From: Paraphysomonas bandaiensis
Taxonomy: Eukaryota; Protista; Chrysophyceae
NCBI GenBank assembly: GCA_965644295.1
Contig: CBFFRP010000368.1
Coordinates: 1 to 49,903 of the forward strand
Reading direction: 5' to 3'
DNA length: 49,903 nt
Part shown: positions 1-11,888 of the stretch, piece by piece
How the letters are laid out: each line of letters starts with the position of its first letter
Numbering within the stretch: position 1 is the first letter of the stretch
The notes under the pieces: generated by a model
Database searches by the model: none
Told to the model about the DNA's origin: nothing
Seen by the model: the letters and a program-made list of their open reading frames with translations, nothing else
Program-made: the position numbers and the translations under genes

Positions 1-181
1 TTGAAGTATAAACTTCGCTTCCGTAGTTTCCCTATTGCATACGTACGACGTATATTGAATGAATGGACATTACACCACATGCATGCATATCCACACACTT
101 AGTACAATGTATCGACATGTTACATGTGTAATCTCTAATCATTATTCTCTTTACACCAAGTCTATACCTTATAGTTCAACT

Positions 182-191
182 TGGTAGCGGA
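182..191 (+). promoter_or_regulatory. Primer-binding site, initiator tRNA-Met type
   Basis: TGGTAGCGGA follows an LTR-like end TTCAAC; complementary to a tRNA ending CCGCUACCA. Confidence 0.75.
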
Positions 192-1865
192 TTCTCGCGA
201 TCTATAACCTTTGTTTGCCCTTTTATTCATTAGCATGGCTCTCCCTGTCTCCAAAAACCCTATCCAGGAGTTAACACTGGATCAATGCAAACGATTATCA
301 TCTCACCTCGATAATCTGTCTCTTATACTTCCTCTTGGGATGTTCCGCAGTATCCAGCACGTCTGCAAGACTTTGAAGCCTTCGAAACAGACTTTCGAGC
401 AATGCTGAAGTCGACAAAACTATTGGACATCATCACCGAGAAGTCCATACGTGTTGCGACACCTCCTATTGATGCTGATGATGATGTCAAAGCGCTTGCG
501 GAATGGCGTCAATCACTGTATGACGAAAAAATATGATCGTATACTCTGCATTATGGCGCGCATTTCAGACCAATCCCTCCAGTCGTGCGCACATCGGATT
601 GGACAGCGACAACGATGACGGTCTCCAGGCATGGAAGAATCTATTGGCCTATATCGACCGGACGAAATCGGAAGACTGGCTACGGAACGGCATTCTATTT
701 GGCTAAACAGGGTTCCACTGAACAGGTTGCCTCTGCAGCAAACGCCTGAAAACGATGGCGCAGCGGCATAATATCCCAGACGCCGACCTCAATCAGCAGT
801 TATTTACTGGCTTCAGAGACCCTCCAAGGAGCAGTCTCTTCGCTCTCTTTGCGTGCAACTATGCTGGTTTGTCCTTCGAGGAAATTCTTTACTGGATAGA
901 AGAACAGCCGCTTCTCTATGAAACAAGCGCGCTACCCTCTTCCAAACAAAAATCAGTGTGTCCGCATTGTAACAAAAAATGCACACATTCTCCAGAAACT
1001 TGTTACAGAAATCCCAATTTTTCAGTTTCCAAGAAAACGGGATTTGGAAGACATTCACTGTTTGCGTTGCGGCCAATTTGGTCATTACGTCATGAACTGC
1101 CCGAAAAGGCCTAAACTCTGCGCACCTCCTGCATGACAACCAGAAGTGCCTCAAAATGCTCCGCAGCATGCTGCTAACCTCAGCCCCCAATTTTGGTCAA
1201 TAGAAGCGGTCGAGGACGTGGACGCCCACCCAAATCAAATCGTGGCAGAGGCCGTTCTGGCACACACCGTGCACCGACCAGACATGTACAGTCTCATGGA
1301 TACTGATGATTCCCCTTATTCACAGACACATAGTAGTGATTCCAATGATGTCTTGATGGTCCTTCCATCTTCTGCAGGGCCCCAAAGACTTCATCAGCAT
1401 CAACTATACGCTTTATTCTTGATGGTGGATATGCTTTGACCCATTTGGTTAATGATTGTACGCATTTATCATGTTTTGTACCAACGTCACGCCATTTTAT
1501 TAAGGTTGCTGATGACCATCAGCTAAAAGCGTCTGGAGAGGGCGATATTTCATTCTTCAAGAGAGTTAAATATTATCCACAGATCTCCCAGAATTTACTT
1601 TCTGAAGGGCTCATGTTTGATCAAGGGTGGCACTTCCGGCAGATGGACAATGGAGACAAGATTGCCTCCATCATGTACAATGGCGTACGACATCAAATCT
1701 ACTTTCATTATGATATGAGGTATTGGACTGCAGAATCTTCCTATTCAAGGTCCTGCAATATGTGAACCTGTTGCTCGTTTTCCGAACGATATTTGTCACG
1801 TCAGTGATCCCTCTGTCACATCCAACGCGTCCAAAGACTATACAGTTAGCTCATCCACTGATGCT

Positions 1866-3695
1866 TTGTTAATTCCGTCGTCATCCTTTGACCCGTATTT
1901 ACTCCCTTCACCCACGTTGGATACCACCCTCAGCACCACAGTTTTAGCCGTTTTGCATGATGATTTGAAGGCAACTTTTCGTTCATCTACACCCGGCTGT
2001 TGTGGTTTTTCTGTGTCATATTGTCCTACCCCATGCACCAATGCTAGAAAGTCTTCTGCTGACGGCACAGTTCACACCCCTCCGCCCAAACGTCAGTGTG
2101 TTCGTCGCGACCGCAGCAGATACAGTAACGTTAAGACGCCTCCTAATTGCAGTTCAATGGCACCGGTCATCTCGAAGGCTGCACATGCGTTCTTATTACT
2201 CCATCTCCAATTAGGCCATCCGGCGTACTCCATTCTTTATGATGCCCTCCGACATGGCAAGATCACTGGCTTTCCATACTCATGGCGCTCTATTGATATC
2301 AATCAATTACCACACTGCGAAGTCGATTATATTTCCAAATCAACACGCTCTCGACCGTCCAAGTCCCCACGTATGCGTGCGGAATACCCGGCTCAGATCA
2401 TTCATGTGGACCTGAAAGGACCATTTATGACTCGTGGTATTGGTGGCGTGCGTTATTGGATGTTGTTTTTAGATGACTTTTCCACCATGATGTTCATCTA
2501 CTTTCTAAAGAAGAAATCTGATGCATTGGTAGAAGGTCTTCATCGCTTTGTCCTTGAAGAAGTATTTCCCTACGGTGTACGTGATTTTATTCTGCTTTCT
2601 GATCCGGGCACTGAGTTTATCAATGAGGACTTCAAGAATTACTGTCTCCGTAACAACATACGCCATATGCCCAGTCCGGCCGGTAACAAACGGTACTCTG
2701 GTACTATTGAGCGTGGAAACAGAACCACTGCAGAGAAGGAGCGCTGCCTCAGAACATATTCTGGTTTGCCGAAGCGGACATGGCCTCTATCCGCGACACA
2801 TGTCATATTATTGCATGCATTGAATTTTTCTCGCTCCCTTGGAATGACACCATGGGAAGCATGGCATGGTCAACCCCCGACTATCGCTAATCTACATGTA
2901 TATGGCATGGAATGTTATTATCACAACCTACATTTCTCGTCATCGCAAGGCGGTAACCCTGGCGAAATTGTTCGTTTTGTGGGATATGTCCCATACTCAC
3001 GGTCCACGTATAAAGTGTATAGACCGAGCACAGGCATGGTCCTCGAGACTGCGGATGTCAGATTCATTCAGCATGCCTTTAAACTAGTGTCACCTTTCCA
3101 AGCACGGGAGCGGACTCATGATGAGTCCGATGATGAACTTGTACAGGAGGAGGATACCGACGGGAATGATCCCTCCGTACAGTGTCACAAACCCGATGCC
3201 ATTTTTGAGCTTGACAATAAATCTGTTGAAGCAGCCGACGGGTTAGCTCCATCAGAAATAGTGTCACAGCCGGCTCCCGATGTGGTCCCTCAGACTGAAG
3301 GTCGCTCCTTCACCTCGACGGATACAACTTCGCGGCAGCCACGAGAAAGAGATACACACATCCCTATTGTGCGACGATCGACGCGATCACGCAAGCCAGT
3401 CGAGCGACTTCTGTTCCATCTAGCTCTAGTGACTACAGCTTACGAGCCCACGATCATGGTTCATTCAGCTCCTGGTAGGGACGACAGCTACAATGTTTTT
3501 GCTGTGTTCGATGCTCCTCTATCCTATGCTGCTGCACAACGGAGTGCAGACAATGCTAAATGGGAGGAAGCTGTGCAAGAGGAGTTAACTGACTCAAGTG
3601 CAGGGAACATGGAAAGTATGGATATCCCTCCTGATGCAAACTTAATGGATCAAAGTGGGCTTTCAAGAAGAAAACTGACAAAGATGGCAACATAG
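1866..3695 (+). pseudogene. Copia integrase (GAG-pre-integrase, rve, SH3-like) and start of RT
   Basis: D (HVDLKGP), D (SDPGTEF), E (IERGNR); TPWEAWHGQPP; YKVYRP; PLSYAAA..KWEEAVQEEL precedes RT. Confidence 0.9.
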
Positions 3696-4819
3696 TGTTA
3701 TGAGCAAGACTCGTAGTCAAGGGTTACACACAAATCCATGGTGTCGATTATGATGAGACATTCTCCCCTGTAGTCTGACATTCGACATTACGTATTGTTC
3801 TTGCATTATGTGCTGCATTATGGACTATAGCGCTCACCATTTGGATGCGCAAAGGCTTTTTCCACAGTCTGACACTGGATGAGATTGCTATGTAGTTTGT
3901 GCACAACCCCAGGTGCAGCAGTAGTCCCCACGAGGCAAGTGTTATAAACTGTCCCAAGTCTCCATGGTCTTAAACAGGCTAGTAGACTACTTTATAATAT
4001 GATGACTGCATTTTTATTATCCATATCATTTACACAATGTACCTCAGATACGTGCGTATTTTATCACCAATCTGATGATGGATTCGTCATTGTATGCGTA
4101 TATGCTGATGATATTGCCATTGCTGCACCCAGCATTAGCCTATTGAATAAATTTTGGCGTGTTATTACAAATTTTCAAAATTTCGTACTAACGATTTAGG
4201 TCCCCTCGAGTGGCTCTTGGGATCCGCATTCACACATCGAAGGATCGTCACACAGTCCGTCCTCTCAGTGTCAATACATCAACGACTTAATCGAATATGT
4301 GGACCTGGATCCACCCGATCAACTCAACATCTCCAGTACCTATGGCCAACCACGTTAAATTATCTGCTCCGATGTCTCCAAGCACGGACGAGGAGAAAAA
4401 TCTATATGGGGAATATCCCTTGCATCGCACAGTGGTTGGAAAAATTCACGCATGTTATGGTGTGCCAACTTCTCCGCCCTGATATTGCTTTTGCCGTTGG
4501 ATGTTGTGCACGCTCTCTGTCTAATCCCCGGCAGGGAACACTGGAATGCTGTGGTACAGATACTGAAACATCATTGAAAGGTCATGGCGGATCTTCAGTT
4601 GACTCGACAGGCGCCATATCCAACAATCCACCTACGCCACAGGCTTTTCTGACGCCAATTGGGCAAAATCATGATGTAGATACCGGACGTTCTCAGTCTG
4701 GCGCTGCATTTCTCCTAGCTGGTGCCTGTATCGCATGGTTTTCCAACTCCAACAATCTCTAGCCCTGTCAACAATGGATCCTGAGTATTGTTCTATGGGT
4801 GATACATCCAAGGAAAGGT

Positions 4820-4968
4820 ATTTTATGGACCCGTCGGACTTCAGTGACCAAGAACAACCTTCCATGAATATATCTCGTGAGGAATGCTTGGTGTGAGGTA
4901 CACAATCATGTGGGTCATCTTGAGGGAAAGCTACTTGGATTCGTCTCAATAAACGTTTTCCAGGGCAT
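4820..4968 (+). repeat. ~150-bp diverged copy of the gypsy integrase 5' end (6911-7062)
   Basis: ATTTTATGGACCCGTCGGA...CGTTTTCCAGGGCAT occurs at both places with a few indels. Confidence 0.95.
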
Positions 4969-5671
4969 ACGTATAGTTTACACCAAAACATTGGGAAAAC
5001 ATTTGCAAATACTGAATCCCCGCAAAGGCTTGCTGATACCATACGTAGGGACATTAATCACGGAATCTCAGTATCTGACTAGGCTCAAGAATCCATCACG
5101 ACGACCTAGTCCCGACTACCTGCTGGATATAGATGGTGAGATGTTCCTTGATGGCAATCCTGACCATATGACGAACGCACCAGGCTGCTACCCGGCATCG
5201 TACCTAAATGAGCCAGCAGAAGGTACCAATGCCTTGTTCAACTGCCAAATAGTCCTACTCCGGAAATCGGATTATCCGGACATGCCCGAATACCTATATA
5301 TGCCCGAATGTGACATAGTCCCCTTCGTCGAATGGATGACCGATATTCCGCGCTCCATGAGAGGTCAATGGCAAACCGGATGGCTGGTATATTCCTCGAA
5401 CAAGAAGTCCCACAAAACTGCTCGTAAACCATATACACCCAAAGAGTTCATCTCCGCCAACTGTGGACCTTCCTGGAAAACCCACTGGACAAGTAACTAT
5501 GTATCCCATGAGGCCAAACAGCTGAACGAGCGGGCCTATGAGGAAAGATCCTCTGCACCTTCAGCTACTAAGCGTAAGAGCCTAAGACCCTTTCCTCCGA
5601 ACCAGACTGGAATCGTTCGTTCCCACCGCCGGAGCCTTCGGAAATATAAAAGCCGCGTCCACGAGGGTTGA
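4969..5671 (+). CDS. Divergent SET-domain protein, 5'-truncated (within ORF 4877-5671)
   Basis: Ordered SET-like motifs: KGLLIPYVGTLIT, DYLLDIDGEMFLDG, PASYLNEP, FNCQIV, WMTDIP, WLVY; basic C-terminal tail. Confidence 0.68.
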
Positions 5672-6915
5672 AAATCCGTTTGATTGTTTTGCCGTATAAC
5701 TAATAAACTATTATTTCTAAAATCTTATTTCCATATCTTGCATTAGCCTGCTACTAGATTATATTATTTATGATATTAAACTTACCAAGGGTGTTATAAA
5801 AGCCCACGGCTTTACACATATGTAGCTTCTACAATCACCTATAGTACGTAAACAGTGTATACGTGCTTTTCCTGCAGTCAGTGGATGTGTCTGCGGCTTC
5901 TTTACCGTTATTATATGCCTCTGTGTGGTTCATATATCCATTTCCAATTAATGGTGACTAAGGGTTGCCATAGACCGCCTCTGTCTGGAAGAAGGACCTA
6001 TATATCACCTGTCATGACTGTACGTACTGATTACATGATTTTACGGTACCTTCCATTTGATCATCACACTGTGTGCTCCCTCGTACTGATGCTGAACAGT
6101 CAATATACTATATCGCCTCGTACTCTATATCGGAAATTGAAGAAGCAGTGGTCTTTAGCGAGTACAATGGTAATGCATCTCTGGACATATTGTTCAATTT
6201 TCACGATAATCTGCTCGCTTATAAGTATGTTCGGTATGTGTGCTGCAATCACATTAAGATGGCAGTTAGGAGCGAGCTGCATCTCCTCTCAGCAACTGCA
6301 CTGTATACCGTATACACTGTATATGATGTATTTGCAGTATTCCTCTATCGTATGTATGCGTCTATATCACTCGTAGGTATACGGTGTCAGTATACTGTAC
6401 CCTACACTGTATAAATACAGGAAGCGAATACTGAACCAATGCTTTCCCTATTCTCAATTCTGATTGGTCGAGTGCCCATTATCGTTTAGATGAGCAGCAG
6501 TTGAGAGTGTATACGGCAGAGTTCATACATTAATGTGTAGAGTATGAAGAAGAAGAATTCTCCAAGAACATTCATAAATATCGTCACTCCTTCGCAGAAA
6601 ATTTGGATTTAGTCACTGTGTGGCTGTCAACGCCCAAGCGCATCGTCATTCTTTTTAGTTAAGCTTGTTCTCTCTTTGTTGGTTGTTGTAGCTCGTCACT
6701 TTTTTGTTTAGTACTGAACTGCATAGCTGGTGAGTTGTGCTTTAGTTTCTTGGGGTGCCGAGAAGCATTTAGTACTGCAGAAGTAGTATAGGTTAATAAT
6801 AAGCAACATTCTCTCTCTTAAAGCGAGTTTTAGCTTATTTAGAGTTTGGCTCTCAGGTCCCAACCTGAGTTCCATTGTACAGGATTCTGAGTATTTCTCA
6901 TTCCTAGGAAATTTT

Positions 6916-8595
6916 ATGGACCCGTCGGATCTCAGTGACCAAGAACAACCTTCCATGAATATATCTCGTGAGGAATGCTTGCGTGAGGTACACAACTCTC
7001 GCGTGGGTCATCTTGGAGGGAAAGCTACTTGGATTCGTCTCAATAAACGTTTTCCAGGGCATGGAATACCATATCAGGTGGTAGCAGAATATATATCCAA
7101 CTGTCCAACTTGCGTAAAAACCCGGTTAGCCATGAAGGAAGCACTTATTCCCATAGTGCGCAACCTAAAACCACCGGGGGCTCGCAGTGCTATTGGAATT
7201 GATGCAGTGGAGATTACTCCACATGGCAAGGACGGTTACACTCATATCAATGTGATAGTGAACCTTCATACAAAGCTCGTTTTTCTGGAACCAGTAAAAG
7301 GAGTAACGGCGTTGAATTTAGCGAATACTGTGTGGAAGTATTGGTCCTATTACGGTCACACGGACGTCGTGATTTCAGATCAGGGTCCGGATTTAACTTC
7401 GGATCTATTCCAACAGCTAACGGAATACATGGGAATGCGCCATACGTTCAGTATAGCCAACCGGCATGCGAATGGCTCAGAACGTATCATAGGTGAGGTA
7501 GTTCGTCACCTACGAGCTCTAGTATATGATGCTAGCGAGCGTCAAGAGCGCACAGATGTTTTTGAAGATCCTAGCTGGATCGCCAGTGTCCAACACATTC
7601 TTAACTCTGAAGTGTCATCTGCGACGGGATTCTCACCATTCGAGTTGACTTTTGGATCGGAGGATAAGCGTTATTTTAACGTGGACACCGACTCTCTTTC
7701 CCAGGATGCGCATGCACGACTTAAACGTTTTAATGATAACCTTCGTGAGCTCAGGGCAGCTTCGCATGCTTATCAACAGCGTCTTGTGCAAGAGCGGGCT
7801 AGCCAAGGTATACCGGCCGACAAGCAGAACAGATATCAGCCGGGAGATCTTGTTTTGTTCGACAAGGGTGCTAAAGTCCATCCTAAGATGTCTCACCGCT
7901 ATATGGGTCCTTTCAAAGTCATATCTCAATATAAAAATGACATTGATTGCAGACATTTGGTGACAGGACAAGTTGTGAAAGTCGATGTGCGGGAGGTTAA
8001 ACTTTTTGCGGGTGATCAAGACACAGCGTATAACATGGCTTGTAGAGACCATGAACAGCATGTGATTGACACGATTCTATACTACAGAGGTGATAGAGAC
8101 ACCAGAACCTCTCTAGTTTTCACTGTGAAATTTCAGGATGGTGATGTTCGTGACATTCCATTCAGTAAGGATATTTTTGACTCTATTCCATATGCCGATT
8201 TCTGTTCTAAGAAAAGATATTTATATCATCTTATTTATCCGGTTAAAGAGGCAAAGGAATATATTGCAAAAATCCGTAAGCAGCCTATCACTAGTTTTCA
8301 GCCAGGTGATGAGGCTTATGTTGACTTAAGAGTTTTCGGGGACCTGTGGTATGAGAGCCTGGAGTTACCGGATTCTCATTTTATTACTTATGTTGCACGT
8401 TTTGTCTTCACACATTGGTATCATAAAAGTTCCAAACGGATACTCTCAACTAAAAATGTGATGACTAAACAAACTTTCCGACTTGATAATTACCATATCC
8501 ATTGTTTTGCCCATAAAGAATTTGATTCTTCTACAATGGTCTTGGTAGACGAGGAATTTGCCAGCAAATTTCCACAAGTTAATCAGTCGGTATAA
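6916..8595 (+). CDS. Gypsy integrase with GPF/Y motif and chromodomain-like C-terminus
   Basis: HNSRVGH..CPTC; IGIDAV, SDQGPD, GSERII (DDE); YQPGDLV..YMGPFKV; HVIDTILYYRG..FTVKFQDG. Confidence 0.92.
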   Translation: MDPSDLSDQEQPSMNISREECLREVHNSRVGHLGGKATWIRLNKRFPGHGIPYQVVAEYISNCPTCVKTRLAMKEALIPIVRNLKPPGARSAIGIDAVEITPHGKDGYTHINVIVNLHTKLVFLEPVKGVTALNLANTVWKYWSYYGHTDVVISDQGPDLTSDLFQQLTEYMGMRHTFSIANRHANGSERIIGEVVRHLRALVYDASERQERTDVFEDPSWIASVQHILNSEVSSATGFSPFELTFGSEDKRYFNVDTDSLSQDAHARLKRFNDNLRELRAASHAYQQRLVQERASQGIPADKQNRYQPGDLVLFDKGAKVHPKMSHRYMGPFKVISQYKNDIDCRHLVTGQVVKVDVREVKLFAGDQDTAYNMACRDHEQHVIDTILYYRGDRDTRTSLVFTVKFQDGDVRDIPFSKDIFDSIPYADFCSKKRYLYHLIYPVKEAKEYIAKIRKQPITSFQPGDEAYVDLRVFGDLWYESLELPDSHFITYVARFVFTHWYHKSSKRILSTKNVMTKQTFRLDNYHIHCFAHKEFDSSTMVLVDEEFASKFPQVNQSV

Positions 8596-8766
8596 AGTGT
8601 TCCTACTCTACAATTTACGATGTGAAATTTTTCAGTATTCTCCGAATTACATCTATAATATGATAATAATACTCCATGGTGGTTCGTTTGGATGGCTATT
8701 TCAAACCTAGTCCCATTGACATGTGTGCGACCATGGATTTCTCACAAAAACGAGGGGGGGAGGCAG

Positions 8767-9687
8767 TGTGACCACGTGGCATTTCCTATGCCCTATCTAC
8801 GTGGCTATAGTACCAGAACTGCATGCATTGCCCATTCAGGACCCTGTGATATTAGTTTAGGACCCTATATCAAGAACATTATATCATCAGGACCCTATAC
8901 CATGTCTAGGATGCATATTCTATGTTATACTCATTAAGATGGGGTAATGAGCTATGATGTACCTACACACTGAATCAACGTTCAGGTGTGATGTCCACTT
9001 TATCTGCCGATGATGATGTACACTATGATCTGCTGATGGTGACTTCACGCAATGTGAAACCTGCCACAAATTTATAATAAAGTTATGTGGGTCAGTATTC
9101 CAGTGTAGCAGTTGCAGTGTATACTTCCATAGGAATACGTACTGGCATTACCCATACTACCCTATAGGGGGGCAAGTACATATCACATCAAGGGTGAATG
9201 AATATTATATACTCGAGGTGCACGAGTGTTCATACCAGACTCAGTGGGGAATCAATTGTGACATGCAATACGTGGTATGCAGGGTTGTACTTACGTATAA
9301 CCTGGATATTAGGGGTTTTGGGTTCTTGAATGCTAAAATACACCAAAGTGGCGGTATACTGTTTTTGTATGGGTATTTAGGTAGAAAATAAAACGTAGGA
9401 TGTAGTGTACTATTAGTATGCGGTTATACGTTGCTCCTAGGTTGCTGTGTGTATTCAGTTTATAGAACAAACACGTTTCTGTGGGTGGTGATGACGTTGC
9501 AGGGTGTTGTGATGTTGTTGAGGAGTAGGAGTGGGTGTAACATGTATGCTATGGTGTTATGCACTTGTTTAGGCTTAACCGAAGTGCTTGGTGCCAACGA
9601 TCTTGTTGCACTGGCGGTGTTACCTGCGTGGTGATTTCTGGCGGAAATCACTAACTAGGCATTAGGTTATTGCTTAGAGTAGTCACA
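8767..9687 (+). repeat. Gypsy 3' LTR (~920 bp)
   Basis: Starts TGTGAC right after the PPT; inverted terminus GTCACA at 9682-9687. Right end is inferred because there is no partner LTR. Confidence 0.7.
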
Positions 9688-9699
9688 GCATTAATAATA

Positions 9700-11783
9700 C
9701 ATTGTTCTAACACTTGCGTGTTTGTGTGGTATACCTGTACTGCGAGCCGTGATTCTGGTTATCAAACCGGGTTGCGTCATAAGCTCCGAAGACTACGGTG
9801 TTTCCTGTGACTATATTGCTGGAGGTGAAAAAATGGTCCAGTAAAATCAACTCCTATAAATCCTCCAGACTCCTGCGATCTTCTGGTTTTTGTCGGTATC
9901 ATTTGCCTTGTCTCGCGCCTATATGTTTCCTCCTGTGAGCCTTGCCTTGTGCGCAGCCATCACAAAGGCCTTCTGGTAGCTGTGGCGAGCTCAGGTCGGA
10001 TTTTGAAATAGTGATTCCTTTTACAAGATTCAACTTTAGTGCTTTTTGAATTAAGCCAATGGATGCGTGGGTCAACCTTCGATGTGCCAGGGAAATCGAG
10101 GAACCGCTTGATGTAGATGCCAAGTTGCACTGGTCTTGGATGTAACCTAAATCGGATAATTTGACCTCGTATAGACCGTTTTGTTTCCTGGCTATATGCG
10201 TGCCTCGTTTTGTCCGAATACTATGTTGCAGTCGGCGTCTGTTGTCAACTGGCTGATAGAAATTAAAGTCTTTGACGCATCTGGAACTAACTTGCACTTT
10301 TTGATCATTCCTAGCTTGCCGTGGCCCAATGCCTGCATTTCTGATCCTGATTTGGCGGTGTAGATGGTGGTTTGGTCATAAGTGAATTCGGAGAGTAAGC
10401 TTCGTGCTGCACTGTAGTCATTTTCATCGTTTGGCCCCTCATCGTCATAGTCTTCTAGTCTTAAGTTCGAATCCCGATGACTGTTTCTTGGGTATTTTGA
10501 TGATGATGTGTTCTTGGAGTGATGCCCTTTTCCTCTTTTGTCGTCGTTTCGTTTGTTTGTGGACTTCTGCATCTGTTGGATGTGTTCCCACGAGTGCTTG
10601 CACTCTGCTGCAATGTGGTTGGATCCATTGCATCTGAAACACTTAACTTCGCGCGACTTTGCACTTGTAGCTCTGCTGGACTTGTTGAATTTCTTCTTGT
10701 GTTTTGTTGGATTTCGCTGCCCGTTGTGCTTGTGCTTTTGCTTTTTCGATAGACGGGGGTTAAACGGCTGTTTGCCTGTTGAGCTGTAGTTTGCGCTATC
10801 CCGTTTGGTTTCCGTATTTTGTGATAATAGGGAGCCTACAGTGGAATGCTCGAATGCTCTCAATCTTCTTATCAGAGTTTTATAATCATCAATTGGGTTC
10901 ATTTGGAGGTTGGTTGCCAGCAGGTCCTTATAGGTCTGGTTCTCATTTGAGACCACCCCTTGTCGTATTCTTGAAATGAGGTCTTGTTCAGAGACTTTGT
11001 GGCCGTGTGTAGCGAGCTTTAATCGCAATTTTTCGACTTCGTCCAGGAATTGATTGATTGTTTGAGCTTGCTTGATTTTGATTGATTGCAGTTGGCCAAT
11101 GAAGTCGGTTATCGTATCATTTGAGGTCTTGTCTTTGAAATGCTTTTCGATCTCTGACCATGCCCTTTTCCCATCTCCTTCAGGGACTGTTTCGATGATA
11201 CCCTCTGCTTCCTCGTTTTGGCCAATCACCGCGCTGGATAGAAGTGACCATAGGTAATTGTTGCCCTCCTCGAAATACTGTATATTTTCGTCGTATAGGC
11301 GTTTTTCCTGTCTAGGTAGTCCTCTTCTGTTTCTTCCTCTTGACGCATCGTTTCTTAGGATGTATACTATCTTGGGCTTACGAAAGAACCAGGCTCTACT
11401 TTTATTCTGCCATTTTGAGAAGTTCTTGGCGTCGAAGGGTGGTATGGAATCCTTCCTCTTGTCCGATGAATCGGAGTCGGAGTTGTCGTAACTGTTAGTC
11501 TTAGAACTCATCCGCTACCAAAAAAAGATTTAAGGTTAGTTTTGATATTTAGTAAGGATATACTTGATATTATTAGAGATAAAGATTGAACGATAAGGCC
11601 TAATAGTATAATGGCAAGACACGTTTGCGCAGAGCGTTAGCACCACACACATGTGCGTATCTTGTACAGTCGCGTATCATGTAGAGTTTGGTAATTATTC
11701 AGTCTATTTGGTATTTCATTGTATACGTGTGTTGTATTCACGCGTTAAGGGATATACGTGAATCAATGACTCCTACTAATACA
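9700..11783 (-). mobile_element. Truncated Ty1/copia element (putative 5' LTR, PBS, gag, partial PR and IN)
   Basis: PBS TGGTAGCGGA (11520-11511). Gag with CFRCNGSNHIAAEC. LAHRRLTH..CDGCAQGK. IGVDFTGPF near 9850. Putative LTR start TGTATTAG at 11783. Confidence 0.88.
10192..11511 (-). CDS. Copia gag plus partial protease
   Basis: IPPFDAKNFSKW, GDGKRAWSEIEKHF, CCHC knuckle, LVPDASKTLISISQL; no DSG active-site motif visible. Confidence 0.85.
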   Translation of the reverse strand: MSSKTNSYDNSDSDSSDKRKDSIPPFDAKNFSKWQNKSRAWFFRKPKIVYILRNDASRGRNRRGLPRQEKRLYDENIQYFEEGNNYLWSLLSSAVIGQNEEAEGIIETVPEGDGKRAWSEIEKHFKDKTSNDTITDFIGQLQSIKIKQAQTINQFLDEVEKLRLKLATHGHKVSEQDLISRIRQGVVSNENQTYKDLLATNLQMNPIDDYKTLIRRLRAFEHSTVGSLLSQNTETKRDSANYSSTGKQPFNPRLSKKQKHKHNGQRNPTKHKKKFNKSSRATSAKSREVKCFRCNGSNHIAAECKHSWEHIQQMQKSTNKRNDDKRGKGHHSKNTSSSKYPRNSHRDSNLRLEDYDDEGPNDENDYSAARSLLSEFTYDQTTIYTAKSGSEMQALGHGKLGMIKKCKLVPDASKTLISISQLTTDADCNIVFGQNEARI

Positions 11784-11888
11784 TCTGGCTATGAGTAGAG
11801 GTAAAACAATATCTGCTGGCTATATATGAGTCCCATGTTAGTTCCCGGAGAAATATCTCCGGTACTTATCCCCCAGAGCACCAAAGGA
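11784..11888 (+). repeat. Repeat family A fragment
   Basis: CAATATCTGCTG..TCTCCGGTACTTATCCCCCAGA matches ~45575-45670. Confidence 0.8.

Larger units (their letters stand above)
1..4824 (+). mobile_element. Degenerate Ty1/copia LTR retrotransposon (5' LTR ~1-180, PBS, gag-PR-IN-RT-RNaseH), truncated in RNase H
   Basis: PBS TGGTAGCGGA at 182-191. Zinc knuckles CPHCNKKCTHSPETC and CLRCGQFGHYVMNC. Integrase HLQLGHP, IHVDLKGPF, SDPGTEF, GTIERGNRT. RT VYADD (~4100). RNase H DVDTGRSQSG..CIAWFS and ALSTMDPEY. Copia domain order; many frameshifts. Confidence 0.93.
6845..9687 (+). mobile_element. 5'-truncated Ty3/gypsy element: integrase, PPT and 3' LTR
   Basis: Integrase ORF, then PPT AAAAACGAGGGGGGGAGGCAG (8746-8766), then LTR TGTGAC...GTCACA. 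Confidence 0.9.

Noticed and set aside
4877-4968. Genuine integrase-SET fusion protein
   Set aside because: The integrase-derived part is frameshifted relative to 6916, so the open frame looks incidental.
5855-6414. Overlapping ORFs of 173 and 113 aa
   Set aside because: No recognisable motifs; low-complexity TACTG/CAGTA-rich sequence.
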